The notes under the pieces are model-generated. The model was not told the origin of the DNA. It saw only the letters and a program-made list of their open reading frames with translations, and searched no databases. Below are positions 63,326 to 64,000 of a stretch of 64,000 bases of DNA, piece after piece. How positions within the stretch are numbered: position 1 is the first letter of the stretch; each line of letters opens with the position of its first letter. Made by a program: the position numbers and the translations under genes. The stretch comes from Gnetum montanum (Eukaryota; Plantae; Gnetophyta). Location of the stretch: the NCBI GenBank assembly GCA_015680685.1, contig MNCI01001083.1, positions 111,599 to 175,598 of the forward strand. The letters run 5' to 3'.

Positions 63326-64000
63326 TGGATTGGTTGGTTCAAGGATGCAAGTCAGACAAGGCCTCTAAGATTTTGGGACATTCAACCATGCCTTTGTGGA
63401 TGTGAACCAATTAGCAAAATCTTGTCTTAATCAACATGGTAAACTTCAAGGTGAAGAAACAAAATCTCAACAATCTCTTTTAAATTTTTCAAAAATCACC
63501 ATAACCTTATAAAGCCTGCTCCATTAAATGGCCAAAATGTGCCAACATTTCTGCCCCCTTTAAAAGCATAAAGAGATTTATGCAGCCTCATTTTAAAACT
63601 GAACTGTATTGAAGCTTTTATTGAACTTTTACACCTGAACTGATAAATCTTTTTGGAGGAAAATTCCCATTTAACATAAGGTGTGATGGGACAAAAACCT
63701 CATTCCTAAGAAAACAAACAAATTGTACATTATTAAGTCCTTAGTTCATGGACTATTCCTGAGATGGGAAAAGAATGGGGAGGATTACGCTGGTAGGAAT
63801 CCTCATATCTCTAACCCTCTCATCTAATTTCTCAAGTGAATCCTCATTTTCTTGGAGTGTACAAATTTTGTTTTCAACATCTCCTTTTTCAACCATCCTA
63901 CTTCTTCCATTTGAAGTAATGTTATCCATCATGAAAGGTTCACTATAGATGTATATTTGATTTGGTTCTCCTTTCCAAGGTAGCCACATGTGAGAATAAT

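Noticed and set aside
63753-63989. Further captured coding fragment
   Set aside because: Looks coding-like, but no family was recognised.

Overview
Plant (eukaryotic) heterochromatin-like DNA: AT-rich, depleted in CG/CHG, with four N-gaps and no intact host gene. It is a nest of decayed LTR retrotransposons up to four levels deep. An old plus-strand Tekay-type gypsy element is split inside its RT (about 890 | 47333) by a pol-less SIRE-type copia element. The copia element holds two full-length minus-strand Tat/Ogre-like gypsy elements (Tat-1 1064-20927, TSD TAGAG; Tat-2 25590-43393, TSD ATAAT/ATAAC), a deleted Athila-type element and a small LTR remnant. A copia gag and an Athila-type element follow at 53-60 kb. 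In both Tat elements gag-protease is separated from RT-RH-aRH-INT by about 6 kb. In Tat-1 this spacer holds a spliced antisense gene with a degenerate FCP1/NIF-like domain, bracketed by hairpin-repeat arrays. In Tat-2 it holds a chimeric, intron-free cassette of host gene pieces: glutathionyl-hydroquinone reductase C-terminus, callose synthase (GSL8/10-like) and an Argonaute MID-PIWI half that still shows the D-E-D-H tetrad. A second mosaic (BEACH, PP2C-D, PPR fragments) lies at 62-63.4 kb. All protein identifications come from manual translation and motif recall, not database searches.
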